A program made the position numbers and the translations under genes. The notes below the pieces were generated by a model that saw only the letters and a list, made by a program, of their open reading frames with translations, was not told the origin of the DNA and searched no databases. From Methanothermococcus sp. Ax23 (GTDB lineage: Archaea > AGJL01 > Methanococci > Methanococcales > Methanococcaceae): a stretch of DNA of 64,000 nt. Of this stretch, positions 53,664 to 64,000 are shown in pieces. Position 1 is the first letter of the stretch, and every line of letters starts with the position of its first letter. The DNA lies in the NCBI RefSeq assembly GCF_049075655.1, contig NZ_CP157522.1:1504001-1568000 (forward strand), read 5' to 3'.

Positions 53664-54218
53664 ATGAAGTCCAAAGGAATATTTGCACTACTGGCATCCC
53701 TTGCCTTGATGTGTGTTGGTGCGGTGTTTGCTATCAACACTTCAACATCCCCATCATTAGGCAACAGCACGGTATCAGCAGAAGAAGATGTGCAGTATCC
53801 AAACTACGTGGGAACTGTTAAAGCTCCCCAAACATCTGGAGATGAAACATCTGAAACGCAGGCATTGGCAAAATATGCTAAAATTACAGCTGAACAGGCA
53901 AAAAGTATAGCACTTTCAAAAGTATCTGGAAAAGTAGTTAATGTAGGGCTTGAAAATGAAAACGGGTATGTTGTATATTCGGTAGAAATCTCAACAATCA
54001 ATGGGATAAAAGATATTAAGGTAGATGCAGGGAATGGAAAAATATTAAATATTGACAGTTCAGACTCGCAGGAAACAGATAATGATAAAGAAGTAAATGA
54101 TGATGGAAAAGATGGAGATAAGGAAACAAACGACGATGCAGAATATAATGATAAAGAATTAAATGACGATAATACCCAAGATAAAGAAACAAACGATGAT
54201 GCTAATAATACTAACTAA
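53664..54218 (+). CDS. Secreted PepSY-domain protein with an acidic repeat tail
   Basis: Signal peptide; AKITAEQAKSIAL..VSGKV..V.LENENG.VVYSVEI...VDAGNGKIL; DKE.NDD repeats. Confidence 0.9.
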   Translation: MKSKGIFALLASLALMCVGAVFAINTSTSPSLGNSTVSAEEDVQYPNYVGTVKAPQTSGDETSETQALAKYAKITAEQAKSIALSKVSGKVVNVGLENENGYVVYSVEISTINGIKDIKVDAGNGKILNIDSSDSQETDNDKEVNDDGKDGDKETNDDAEYNDKELNDDNTQDKETNDDANNTN

Positions 54219-54333
54219 AAACATTGCTACTATTTTTAACATAATTTTATTTTTTTATCATAATTTTAACTGCATGTCATACCAAATTTAATTTTTTAAA
54301 ACACATATGGGGATAACCCCCAATATATAATTC

Positions 54334-54362
54334 TATTCGATTTTTGAACCAAAAAATATACT
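54334..54362 (+). promoter_or_regulatory. Candidate operator next to a TATA box (copy 2)
   Basis: TATTCGATTTTTGAACCAAAAAATATACT, at about the same distance (~93 bp) upstream of its start codon as copy 1. Confidence 0.55.
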
Positions 54363-54426
54363 AAGTGTATTAAATAGACAATATTTTAAAATTAGAAAAA
54401 TTTAATTTATTCTGCACGGGGAAATT

Positions 54427-55323
54427 ATGAAAGCGGATTTACACATACACACAAAATATTCTGGAATTGGAGGATATTGGAAATTAAAATTTCCAGATTC
54501 CATAGAAGAGCCTAGAAATATTATGAAATATGCTAAAAAGAAGGATTTAAGTGTAATTGCAATTACAGACCACAATACTATAAGGGGCGGTTTGGAAACT
54601 AAAAAGTTCGAAAAAGAATTTGGAATCGATGTCGTCGTTGGAAGTGAGATAATAACAAAGGATGGAGAAATAATAGGATTGTATTTAAATGAGGAAATAC
54701 CGAAACACTTATCCGCTGAGGAAACCATTGAGAAAATTCACGAACAGGGCGGTTTGGCAATAGCTCCTCATCCATACAGTCCAATATGTAGTGCGTTGGG
54801 GGATAAAATCTTTAAACTAGACCTGGATGGTGTAGAGGCATTCAACGCATATCATAGAGATGGGATTATAAATAACTTTACCTTAAAAAAAATTAAACAA
54901 AATTTTTCTTCTACAAATAGTCATTCCAAATCTTTTGCATACATTGGAGGAAGTGATGCCCATATAGCTAGAATGGTGGGAAATGCATATACAATATTTA
55001 AAGGAGATTCCTCAGAAGAATTATATCATGCAATAATCAAAGGAGAAACATTTTTTTGGGGGAGCTCCACACCTTTATTGGATATCATACTTTGGAGTTA
55101 TAATATTGTTTATGCCTCTGAAAAAGAGTTAATAAAATCAATAATATTAAAAAATCCAACATTAAACATGAAATTAAACACAAAAATACTTGCAATAATT
55201 GGGGGGCTTACCTATCTATCCACACCTTTACCAATATTGGCAGGCTTATTTGGTAATTATTATTTAAAATATAAAGCGAAACATGAGGTTAAGGAACATC
55301 AAATATTGTATCATGAGGTGTAG
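54427..55323 (+). CDS. PHP-domain metal-dependent phosphoesterase
   Basis: DLHIHT, AITDHN, GSEI, APHP, GGSDAH. Confidence 0.92.
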   Translation: MKADLHIHTKYSGIGGYWKLKFPDSIEEPRNIMKYAKKKDLSVIAITDHNTIRGGLETKKFEKEFGIDVVVGSEIITKDGEIIGLYLNEEIPKHLSAEETIEKIHEQGGLAIAPHPYSPICSALGDKIFKLDLDGVEAFNAYHRDGIINNFTLKKIKQNFSSTNSHSKSFAYIGGSDAHIARMVGNAYTIFKGDSSEELYHAIIKGETFFWGSSTPLLDIILWSYNIVYASEKELIKSIILKNPTLNMKLNTKILAIIGGLTYLSTPLPILAGLFGNYYLKYKAKHEVKEHQILYHEV

Positions 55324-55325
55324 AA

Positions 55326-55592
55326 ATGGACCTTGATGAAATTATAAGGCTTCTATCAAGTATTCTTGCATTAGGTATTTTTATCATCTCTACAATTGCC
55401 TACCATAGAGAACATAATAAAAAACTTCTTTTAGTTTCCGTGGCGTTCTTTTTTTATGCCGTAAAAGGATTTTTAAAAATTTCTGACTTAATTTTTCCTC
55501 AAAAAGGTGAATTTATAGATATCGTGGCAAATTTACTGGATTTTGTGATATTGCTATTGTTTTTTACTGCACTGGTTATAAAAAGTAGGTGA
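55326..55592 (+). CDS. Small three-helix membrane protein
   Basis: Hydrophobic 88 aa, AY.RE..KKLL.VS.AF pattern; translationally close to the HTH gene. Confidence 0.75.
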   Translation: MDLDEIIRLLSSILALGIFIISTIAYHREHNKKLLLVSVAFFFYAVKGFLKISDLIFPQKGEFIDIVANLLDFVILLLFFTALVIKSR

Positions 55593-55595
55593 AGT

Positions 55596-56117
55596 ATGGA
55601 TGAGCTCTGTCTTGAAAGTAGAAAGAAAATATATAACTTGATAAAAAAATCTCCGGGAATACATTTTAGAGAAATTGAAAAAAGGTTAAATATGGCAGTT
55701 GGAAGCCTGCAATACCATCTTCACTATTTAGAAAAGAGAAATATTATAAGAAGCGAGCATTATGGGGATTATGTAAGATATTTCCCAAAAGACTGCCAGT
55801 TGGATGATACTGATAAAAAGATATTATCTTTTCTAAGGCGTAAAACTTCACGGCATATATTGCTGTATCTTTTAGAAAAACCTGCGAATCACAAGGAAAT
55901 ATCTGAAAATATAGGGCTATCCCCATCCACAATTTCATGGCATTTAAATAAACTGGTAGAAGCAGGAATTGTTGAAAAAACAAAAAAAGGACGAACTAGT
56001 CTATTTAAAGTTAATAATTCTGAACGAATAATTAATCTCTTGATAATATATAAAGAAAGTTTTTTTGATAAACTTGTTGATGGATTTGTGGAAATATGGG
56101 AGAATGCCGAATTATGA
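55596..56117 (+). CDS. Double winged-helix (ArsR/MarR-like) transcriptional regulator
   Basis: R..IY..I...PGIHFREI...L....GSLQYHL..LE and EISE.IGLSPSTISWHL.KLVEAGIV. Confidence 0.88.
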   Translation: MDELCLESRKKIYNLIKKSPGIHFREIEKRLNMAVGSLQYHLHYLEKRNIIRSEHYGDYVRYFPKDCQLDDTDKKILSFLRRKTSRHILLYLLEKPANHKEISENIGLSPSTISWHLNKLVEAGIVEKTKKGRTSLFKVNNSERIINLLIIYKESFFDKLVDGFVEIWENAEL

Positions 56118-56186
56118 CATAATAACATTGCAATTAATCATAATCTGTATTCATTAAATAAAAATAAAAAAGAAATAAAATAAGCG

Positions 56187-57194
56187 GTGAGTTGTATGGA
56201 TTTATATCCGATAATGCAAAATATAGTAAATAATTATGGATATTTGGGAATTTTTTTGGTTTCATTTACAGAGGCATTTATCCAACCCATCCCACCAGAT
56301 ATTTTCATTATGGGAGCTCCCATGTTTGGATTGAGTCCAATATATTCTGCCATTGTGGCGTCAATTGGAACATTGTCTGGCGGATTATTTGGATATTTCC
56401 TTGGAGATAGGTTAGGACATCCTGCATTTTCAAGATTATTTGGAAAAAAATATTTAATAAAAGGAGAGCATTTTTTCGATAAATATGGATTTTGGGGAGT
56501 TTTTTTAGCTGGAATAACGCCCATTCCCTATAAAATCATAGCATGGTTGGCAGGAATTTTTGAAATGAATAAATCATTATTTGGTGCTGGAACATTTATT
56601 GGTAGGTTCCCAAGATTTTTGCTTGTGGCATATTTTGGATATGAGCTCAGAAATATTAATTTCTCATCATTGTGGGACATGAATATTCAATTATTTTACT
56701 TAATAAATTCGCATAACAATTGGATACTAGATAAATTCAACATATTGCTATCCCAAACCACATATATTGTAATTGGAATATTGACTCTTGCAATGTTTGT
56801 AAAATATAGAGATTTGGGCAAAAGAATTATAGTAGGTCTTGGAATTACCTTTTTAATAGTATTTCTATTAAAATTTGGAATCAACGAACCACGACCTTAT
56901 TTAAGCTTAGACGGAGTTCATTTACTATTAAATGAAGGAACCGAACCATCATTTCCAAGTAATCACACCACAATGAGCTTTGCATTATCTACAATGTTAT
57001 TTAAGTACCCAAACACAAAAAAGATTGGAATAATATTATTTATCTGGGCATTATTGGTTGGATACAGTAGGATATATACTGGTGTGCATTATCCATTTGA
57101 TGTGGCATTTGGTGCAATATTGGGGATTGCATGCGGTTGGTTTGTTATGAACTTTGAAAATATGAAGGATTATTTATTTAAGATTTTTAAGTGA
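56187..57194 (+). CDS. DedA/VTT (YqaA-like)-PAP2 phosphatase fusion
   Basis: [26 protein letters not shown]; [26 protein letters not shown]. Confidence 0.9.
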   Translation: MSCMDLYPIMQNIVNNYGYLGIFLVSFTEAFIQPIPPDIFIMGAPMFGLSPIYSAIVASIGTLSGGLFGYFLGDRLGHPAFSRLFGKKYLIKGEHFFDKYGFWGVFLAGITPIPYKIIAWLAGIFEMNKSLFGAGTFIGRFPRFLLVAYFGYELRNINFSSLWDMNIQLFYLINSHNNWILDKFNILLSQTTYIVIGILTLAMFVKYRDLGKRIIVGLGITFLIVFLLKFGINEPRPYLSLDGVHLLLNEGTEPSFPSNHTTMSFALSTMLFKYPNTKKIGIILFIWALLVGYSRIYTGVHYPFDVAFGAILGIACGWFVMNFENMKDYLFKIFK

Positions 57195-57542
57195 TTATGA
57201 CGCAACCATTTGAGCTCCTGCTCTTTTAATCTTCAATGGCATTTTTATTTTTATTTCTTTTTCTTTTGATAAATTAAGGAGATTTGGTATTACTTCTATA
57301 ATATTATTCAATATTTTAAGAGATACCTCTTCTGGGACTTCATTAAACTTACTGTTTAATATCTTTCCCTTCACCGATATTTTAAATGGAAATTCCCCAT
57401 CAGTTTTCAAGCTGCATTTGTACTCAAATCCATCCTCTTTTTTACTATATTCTATATTCCAGTCCGTATCTAATTCCAATTCTGCCCCTTTTGGATTTTT
57501 TTCAGGTCGTTTTATACAGAGCTCCGATATTGTTAATATCAT
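57195..57542 (-). CDS. Hypothetical protein (possibly SecB-like fold)
   Basis: 115-aa ORF with GGTGA RBS. Confidence 0.65.
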   Translation of the reverse strand: MILTISELCIKRPEKNPKGAELELDTDWNIEYSKKEDGFEYKCSLKTDGEFPFKISVKGKILNSKFNEVPEEVSLKILNNIIEVIPNLLNLSKEKEIKIKMPLKIKRAGAQMVAS

Positions 57543-57661
57543 AATATCACCAAAAAATTTATAAATTTTAAGTAATATTATTATGCAATTAAGTATATAT
57601 AATTTATGATTTAATGTAATAATAGTATTACTAAATAATGATTAATATTGGTTGTGATAAT

Positions 57662-58855
57662 ATGAATAATATGAATTGTAATGCAATAAAACATGATAAA
57701 TACGATAAACTCGTTTGGAATGAAAATAAGCACAAACTACCCTATCGTGCCCAATACTTGGATGAAAGTAGAATAGAAGATATATTTTATCTGTTTTTTA
57801 AATATCATGTGGAGGTTGTAAAACATGACTCCATTATAGACTCCATTATGAATAACAGGCATTACAAAAATATTAAGGTCATTACCAGTTTAGATGAGTC
57901 CTATTCAGTTATTGCCACATCTTACTTTTCTGAAAAATTCGATAAAAAAAAGAAAGAAGAAAAAGAAGATTATAGCGAAAACATGGTAAATGATATAAGC
58001 GATATTATGGAGGAGCTCGGTAGTTATATGGAGAATATCTCGTCATCAATAAATACCATCTGCGGCAAAGGTAATGGGGTAAAAAGCTATACAAATCCGA
58101 AGAAAAAAATGGAATTAGCAGAGGAGCTTTTAAAAAATAGGCAGTTAAATGAATTTATAGAAAAATTGGGGAAATTTAAAAGGATGGCATTGAGAAAGCA
58201 AAAAACAAAAATAAAACACTTCAATGGAGAGAAACACGATATAAAATATGGCAGTGATTTATCAAAATTGCTTATAACTGAGGTAAAAAACCTATCTGAT
58301 GAAGGTTTATATGTCGATTTTTTAAAAAGATTTTCAGAGCATAAATTGTTAAATTACGAGATTTTAAATCATGAAGATACCAAAGGAGATTTTATCGTAT
58401 GTTTGGATTTAAGCGGTTCTATGAGGGGAGCAAAAGAAATCTGGGCTAAGGCAATTGCATTATCCCTGTTGGAAATTCAGCTAAGGGATAAAAAAAGATT
58501 TATCTGTATATTATTTGATGATGATGTCCGAGAAATAAGAATATTTGATAAAAAACCATGTTCAGAGGATATTATTGAATTTGCTTCTATATTTTTTGGA
58601 GGAGGAACAAATTTCGAGAAGCCCCTTAAAAAGGCATTGGATTTCAATGGAGACATTGTATTTATAACTGATGGAGAGTGCGACATGCACTGGCAATTCC
58701 TTGAATATGTGGAAGAAGTTAAAAAAGGAAAAATCTTCACATTCTGTATAAACATAAGGCCTACTGTAAGTTTAAAAAAGATATCTGATAAAGTAATTAC
58801 AATTCATCAACTAACTTCAAGAGGAGCAGAAGAGTTATTTGATACTGTCATTTAG
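57662..58855 (+). CDS. ViaA/CoxE-like VWA domain protein
   Basis: G.DLSKLL..E, VCLDLSGSM.G.KEIWAKA.AL, GGTNFEKPL, FITDGE; start uncertain (57638-57671). Confidence 0.9.
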   Translation: MNNMNCNAIKHDKYDKLVWNENKHKLPYRAQYLDESRIEDIFYLFFKYHVEVVKHDSIIDSIMNNRHYKNIKVITSLDESYSVIATSYFSEKFDKKKKEEKEDYSENMVNDISDIMEELGSYMENISSSINTICGKGNGVKSYTNPKKKMELAEELLKNRQLNEFIEKLGKFKRMALRKQKTKIKHFNGEKHDIKYGSDLSKLLITEVKNLSDEGLYVDFLKRFSEHKLLNYEILNHEDTKGDFIVCLDLSGSMRGAKEIWAKAIALSLLEIQLRDKKRFICILFDDDVREIRIFDKKPCSEDIIEFASIFFGGGTNFEKPLKKALDFNGDIVFITDGECDMHWQFLEYVEEVKKGKIFTFCINIRPTVSLKKISDKVITIHQLTSRGAEELFDTVI

Positions 58856-58870
58856 ATGCGGTAGCATGCA

Positions 58871-59635
58871 CTAAATTTTAATATGATTTACAATATAATT
58901 TACCAAATCATCTATTTTATCAAACTTTAATGGATAGTTCATTTTAGGCCTTTCCACGATTATTGGAGTTGCATTTGCTTCAATAGCTCCCATTACCTTC
59001 TCATTTAGTCCGCCGCTGTTTCCGCTGTCCTTTGTAATTATTACATCGCAGTTATAATCCATTATTAAATATTTATTCAACTCTTTTGAAAATATTCCCT
59101 GCATGCTTATTATATTTTTTGAGGGCAATATATTCAAGGCATCATTTATAGATACTGGAAGCACCCTTGCTATTAATCTATCTTTACCAATTATTTCAGC
59201 AACATTTTTTAAGTTTTTTATGCCTGCCAAATACATTATATTTTTTTTACTCAGTTCAAGAGCTCTCACTGATGCCTCTTCAAAATCTTTAACATATATG
59301 GCATTTTCATAAATCTTTTGAGGTCGTTCATATCTAATGTATGGAATATTTAAATCTTTTGAAACTTGTAGAGCTCTCTTGGTGGCATTTACTGCAAATG
59401 GATGTGTGGCATCTATTAGGATAGATATATTATTGTTTTTAATTATATCTTCAAGAGTTTCATTGTTATCTTGCCTTGAAATTACTTTATTTGAATGTTC
59501 TTTTGCCAATTCACTGCCGTAATTTGTGGTTGTTGTGGTTATTGTATAGATACCATCTATTTTTTTTAATCCTTCTGCTATTTTGTTTGCGTCGCTTGTT
59601 CCTCCCATTATAAGAATATTTACAATATCTTGCAT
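58871..59635 (-). CDS. cbiJ: Cobalt-precorrin-6A reductase
   Basis: GGTSDA, IDATHPFA, YIRYERP, ARVLP, TKDSG..GG..EK. Confidence 0.94.
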   Translation of the reverse strand: MQDIVNILIMGGTSDANKIAEGLKKIDGIYTITTTTTNYGSELAKEHSNKVISRQDNNETLEDIIKNNNISILIDATHPFAVNATKRALQVSKDLNIPYIRYERPQKIYENAIYVKDFEEASVRALELSKKNIMYLAGIKNLKNVAEIIGKDRLIARVLPVSINDALNILPSKNIISMQGIFSKELNKYLIMDYNCDVIITKDSGNSGGLNEKVMGAIEANATPIIVERPKMNYPLKFDKIDDLVNYIVNHIKI

Positions 59636-59798
59636 GAGCTCACCAAATTAATTTTTCTAAAAAAGATACTAATGTTAAATTATAAATAATGTTGATAAAA
59701 TAGAGCTCGTTGGAATATATTGGTGTCATGGGATACAATTAAAAATGTAAAATTAATATTAGATAAAATTATATAAAAAAGAAAAATTTATATTTTAA

Positions 59799-61949
59799 TT
59801 AATTATAGTATTTTCCGTTTACCCATGAATTGCTTATAACTATGTGCCCACTGTTTATTAATTCATCCAAATTATTTCCTGATAGTGTTTTAATATTTGA
59901 GTTTTTGATTGATATTTTACCGTTTTTAAGTTCCGTATATTTGAGTGTAGATACATTACAATTTTCAATATCTATTGTTGAGCCCCAATCTGGTAATGAA
60001 CCAATATCTAAACTGTCAATGTTTGAATTTTTTATCGTTGCATGACCTGAGTTTGAGACTCCTTTTATATTAACTGTTGATAGTGTGGAATCTTCAATCT
60101 CAACTCCATTCCAATTACATACAATTCCTGTTTTCACTGAACTTCCTAATGCCTCATCAATGTACAATTTTCCACCGCTTGTTATATCCCCTACATCAAC
60201 GGAAATTAGACCGAGGACACCTTCGATAGTTATATCTGCATTAACATTTCCATTAACAGTTAATTTTTCAAGTTTGCATCCATCTTCAACATATATTTTT
60301 CCATTATATCCTGTTGAACCTAGTATATTTATTTCCTTTAGGGAACTTCCATCTTTGACTTCAATATCACTACCACTTAATTCATTAGCTTCTAAGTAGT
60401 TTAAACTTGAAGAGTGTTCCAATAGTATTTTTGGATTTCCAGTTAATTTGTTAATTTTTATGCTGTTTATTGCCGTATTTTCAAAGTTAATTTCTGGACC
60501 TCCATCCATATTATTTATTACAATATCTCCAATTACTACATTTTTGAATTTCGGTTTTCCACCACCTACGATATTTCCAAGGTTCATGCTGGTTATTCTT
60601 CCACTTTCAAAGATTGTTTCTGCACCTCCTCCAAAATCACCACTATCGGTTTCAAATGTCCCTATGGAGAAGTTTTCAAACTTTAAATTTGCCCTTCCTG
60701 TTATTTTATTTACATAAAATGTTCCAATATCTGAATTATATATATTAAGATGAACTCCACCTCCAATTTCGGAAGCTCCTCCTTTTTTTCTTATAGTAAA
60801 TGTATCAATTTCAGGAACATCTATATCTAATTCACTACTGCCGTCAAGATAAGCCTGCAAGGATTCTATTTTTTGGAGATTTCCTAATTTATATTTTGCA
60901 CTTCCTGTTACATATATATCCCCATACACTGTGCCATTTGCATTATACTCATAATCCGAATACCCATTTGTTTTTAGTGAAATATCGCCTGATACAAACT
61001 CTGCGTCATCTGCATCTATCATGTCTTTTGTCAATACGCCTTCTGTATCTCCGGATAATTCTATATATAAATTACCAGCTCCGTTTGCATTGTTATTGCC
61101 CTGAACAGATATATTTACACCAATATCTACTGAAATATCATTATTGCTCTCATTTGATTCATTTACTACATTATAATAATCTACAACAGCTTTGAGTGTA
61201 TGATTTTCAATGGTGCGGTCCTTACCCTGATATTTATTTTGTTGTTGATTTTTGTTATTATTGCCATTATTTTGATATTGTTGCTGGTTTCCTCCTCTTG
61301 AAGTTTTAAGTTCATATTCAAAAGTAGCATACCACTGATTATCACCATCTTTTTGAGCAGTAACCTCATCAACCCATTTACCATTATCATATAGTGCTAC
61401 TTTAAAGTTCTTTGATACATTTCCAGCACCAATATTTTCAATATCCACACGTATTATTATATTGGCGTTGTTGTTCAAATGACCTCCTTTGTGTCTAAAC
61501 TGATTTGTTGATTGCTGATTATTTCCATTATTTTGAACATTTTCCCTATAACAGTGTCCTATTTCAGTTCCGTTTGAATATTTGACAACCATACTATTTG
61601 GAACCAAGTCAGGGAGAACATTTGTATTGTTGTTAGAATCTGACGTCTCACTATTGTTATTGGTATCGCCAGTATTATTATCATTAGTAGTAGTTGGTGA
61701 GCTCACATTCTCATTTTTAATTTTGGTATCGCCAGTATTATTATCATTAGTAGTAGTTGGTGAGCTCACATTCTCATTTTTAATAAATCCACTGAATGAT
61801 ATTTCTTTTATTCCTTCAACTTGAGTATTTTTAAAGCTTGGATTCTTAACCATTTCCAAACTTACAACAGTTCCTCCAAGAACCACGGCAAAAATTAATA
61901 ACATTAATTCAAGGGATAGCTGCCCTTTTTTGTGAAATATATTTGACAT
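59799..61949 (-). CDS. Class III signal peptide (pilin-like) large surface protein with CARDB-like and beta-helix regions
   Basis: KKGQLSLE + hydrophobic stretch; LPDLVP..IENIG..VVDYYN.V.ESNESNN (CARDB-like); G/S/N-rich beta-solenoid-like repeats. Confidence 0.85.
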   Translation of the reverse strand: MSNIFHKKGQLSLELMLLIFAVVLGGTVVSLEMVKNPSFKNTQVEGIKEISFSGFIKNENVSSPTTTNDNNTGDTKIKNENVSSPTTTNDNNTGDTNNNSETSDSNNNTNVLPDLVPNSMVVKYSNGTEIGHCYRENVQNNGNNQQSTNQFRHKGGHLNNNANIIIRVDIENIGAGNVSKNFKVALYDNGKWVDEVTAQKDGDNQWYATFEYELKTSRGGNQQQYQNNGNNNKNQQQNKYQGKDRTIENHTLKAVVDYYNVVNESNESNNDISVDIGVNISVQGNNNANGAGNLYIELSGDTEGVLTKDMIDADDAEFVSGDISLKTNGYSDYEYNANGTVYGDIYVTGSAKYKLGNLQKIESLQAYLDGSSELDIDVPEIDTFTIRKKGGASEIGGGVHLNIYNSDIGTFYVNKITGRANLKFENFSIGTFETDSGDFGGGAETIFESGRITSMNLGNIVGGGKPKFKNVVIGDIVINNMDGGPEINFENTAINSIKINKLTGNPKILLEHSSSLNYLEANELSGSDIEVKDGSSLKEINILGSTGYNGKIYVEDGCKLEKLTVNGNVNADITIEGVLGLISVDVGDITSGGKLYIDEALGSSVKTGIVCNWNGVEIEDSTLSTVNIKGVSNSGHATIKNSNIDSLDIGSLPDWGSTIDIENCNVSTLKYTELKNGKISIKNSNIKTLSGNNLDELINSGHIVISNSWVNGKYYN
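61660..61784. repeat. 63-bp tandem duplication in the surface protein gene
   Basis: TTGGTATCGCCAGTATTATTATCATTAGTAGTAGTTGGTGAGCTCACATTCTCATTTTTAAT occurs twice (IKNENVSSPTTTNDNNTGDT x2). Confidence 0.95.
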
Positions 61950-62049
61950 AATACCACCATATATAAAAAGTATAACCATTATAATTTATGTGTTGCATGA
62001 TATTTATATCTTGTCATAACGATGAATATAACTTATAGCAGGTGATATT

Positions 62050-63675
62050 TTGACTAATAACTTAGATGAAAAACTTGTTGAGATTTTGAGCATACTTTCA
62101 GAATATGATGAACCAGTTGGTGCCAAAACCATAGCAAACGAACTTAAAAGACGAGGTTATGAGATAGGGGAACGAGCAGTGAGATATCATCTTCAATTAT
62201 TAGATGAAAAAAACCTCACTGAAAAATTTGGATATTCTGGAAGAACCATTACTGAAAAAGGATTGGAAGAACTCAGTAAAGCAAATATATCATATAGAAT
62301 TGGCTCAGTATTTTCTCAAATAATGGAGAAACTTTATTTATCAAATTTCCCAACGAAGGTGATTATAAATAAAACTGTCTTTGAAGGAGATTATGAAATG
62401 ATAAGAGATTTGGTATTAAAAGTAATAGATAATGGATTCTCCATTGGCGATTATGTAAATATTAAAAAAGACAGTGAAAATCCGAACTTAATAAACATTG
62501 AAACATTATGTTCAATTACATTTGACAATTTTTTGTTAAAAAATGGCATACTTTCAATGCCAAAATATGGAGGTATTGTTAAATTTGAAGACTACGAACC
62601 GGTTTATTTTGAAGGAGTAATAGATTTTAGGAAATCATCCATAGACCCCTTAGAGGCATTTATTACTAGGGGAAAAACTGATGTATTGGGGATAATTGAA
62701 AATGGAGAAGGATATTTACCTGCCAATTTTAGAATAATTCCGAGCTCCATAATGGAAAAATTTGAGAACCTTTTAAAAAGAGATTTATTAAACGGTGTTT
62801 TAAGTTATGGTGAGGACAATGTATTGGGGCTCAGTTTAAACGAAGGAGAGATTGGTGTTGCCCTTGTTGGTGGTTTATCCCCAATATGTCCTGCTGTTGA
62901 AGATGGTTATCCTGTAAGAATTAATGCAGCCACAACCTTAAAGGATTTGTCCCTTATGGAAAAAAGAAATAAAAAATACCTGCATCCAATAAATAAGAGA
63001 GGGAAAGTTAAAATAATGCCTGTTTTATCAAAGATGCTGTCCATGCTGCATAATGTAAATTACGACATGGAAAGTGAAAAGGGAAATGTGCTTGTGAATA
63101 CCGGCTATGTTAATAAAAAATATGAAGATGAGGTTTTAGATGCGTTAAAAGAATGCTATGAAGCTAAAACAATAATATCCGATAGAATTGGAATAGAAAG
63201 AGCAGGCAATCAGATAGTAATAAACACATTATGTTCATCAACCATAGATGGTATTTTCGTAAAATACGGTGTTCCAATTATACCATATTACGGTGGTGTT
63301 TTGGAGCTCGGCAAAAATAGATTCATTGATATAATTTCCTATGAAGGAACATCATTGGACCCTCATGAAGTATTTTTTAACAGAGTCGATGGCGAAAAAA
63401 CAATTTTGTCGGGAGTAAGAAAAGTCCCAATGGCAGCAAGAGAAAGTTTAATTAACATCGCTGAAAAACTTAATTGGACGGGGATACTTGAAGTAGGAAA
63501 ACCAAACAATGATATTTGTGGAATAAAAGTTGAAAAAGGCATGTTTGGATTTGTAAGTATTGGTGGGATAAACCCATTTGTTATAATAAAAAATAAAGGC
63601 ATTCCTATTGAAATTGCAGCACTTCATGATATGAAAGAATATTCAGAATTAGTTCCATTGGAAGAATTATATTAA
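62050..63675 (+). CDS. nrpR: Nitrogen regulatory repressor NrpR
   Basis: wHTH (PVGAK.IA.EL..RGY.IGERAVRYHL) plus two NRD domains (TLCSIT.D, SIDPLE.F; TLCSSTIDG, SLDPHEVF). Confidence 0.95.
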   Translation: MTNNLDEKLVEILSILSEYDEPVGAKTIANELKRRGYEIGERAVRYHLQLLDEKNLTEKFGYSGRTITEKGLEELSKANISYRIGSVFSQIMEKLYLSNFPTKVIINKTVFEGDYEMIRDLVLKVIDNGFSIGDYVNIKKDSENPNLINIETLCSITFDNFLLKNGILSMPKYGGIVKFEDYEPVYFEGVIDFRKSSIDPLEAFITRGKTDVLGIIENGEGYLPANFRIIPSSIMEKFENLLKRDLLNGVLSYGEDNVLGLSLNEGEIGVALVGGLSPICPAVEDGYPVRINAATTLKDLSLMEKRNKKYLHPINKRGKVKIMPVLSKMLSMLHNVNYDMESEKGNVLVNTGYVNKKYEDEVLDALKECYEAKTIISDRIGIERAGNQIVINTLCSSTIDGIFVKYGVPIIPYYGGVLELGKNRFIDIISYEGTSLDPHEVFFNRVDGEKTILSGVRKVPMAARESLINIAEKLNWTGILEVGKPNNDICGIKVEKGMFGFVSIGGINPFVIIKNKGIPIEIAALHDMKEYSELVPLEELY

Positions 63676-63707
63676 ATAAATTTTTTTATTAAAATTTTAA
63701 AGATTTT

Positions 63708-64000
63708 TTATTGATATTTCATCTCTTTAATGATTTCTATAAATCTATTTAATACCTTTTCTCTTAATCCTTCAACAAACTTTAAACTTCCAGCACACTC
63801 GTGACCTCCGCCGTCTAAGGAAGCTTCTGGAATCTCTTTTATAAGCTGTTCTATTATAATATTTAGATTGAAGTTAAATCTTTCGCTAACTGCATCAGTT
63901 GCCCTAACAACACCAAAATCCGGACCATAAGATATTGTTATTATTGGTGTTTCTTCCCCGTATTTTTGAACTATGGAATCATGGGCAAAGCCACATGTTT
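63708..64000 (-). CDS. 3' end of a RecJ-like DHH/DHHA1 protein, partial
   Basis: KTCGFAHD...YGPDFGVVRA...DGGGHECAGSLKFVEGLR. Confidence 0.85.
   Translation of the reverse strand, partial: TCGFAHDSIVQKYGEETPIITISYGPDFGVVRATDAVSERFNFNLNIIIEQLIKEIPEASLDGGGHECAGSLKFVEGLREKVLNRFIEIIKEMKYQ

Overview
AT-rich (~30% GC by eye) chromosomal segment of a thermophilic Methanococcales archaeon (Methanothermococcus/Methanotorris-like; inferred from the gene set: pstK, taw1, Methanococcales-type MCM, ftr, mrtBDGA, nrpR). Housekeeping genes are interleaved with accessory DNA: an IS200/IS605 tnpB-only element plus two non-coding derivatives (one carrying a nested IS5-like DDE element), an IS607 element plus a derivative, a decayed nitrogenase-like (NifDK/NifH2-like) cassette, an McrBC-type restriction pair, and a four-gene DUF6884-like / UvrD helicase / Fe-S RecB-type nuclease / DpdA-like transglycosylase locus. 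Three signals stand out. (1) The palindrome GAGCTC is iterated about 87 times (hand count; roughly 4-6 expected), in all reading frames, and is densest in the DpdA locus, while GATC is nearly absent. (2) The DpdA locus looks like a minimal archaeal 7-deazaguanine DNA modification/restriction or repair system lacking DpdB/C. (3) A family of ~45-95 bp covarying multi-hairpin micro-elements is inserted in genes, IS ends and intergenic DNA. No tRNA, rRNA or CRISPR array was seen. All counts and alignments were made by hand, and product calls come from recognised motifs, not database searches.
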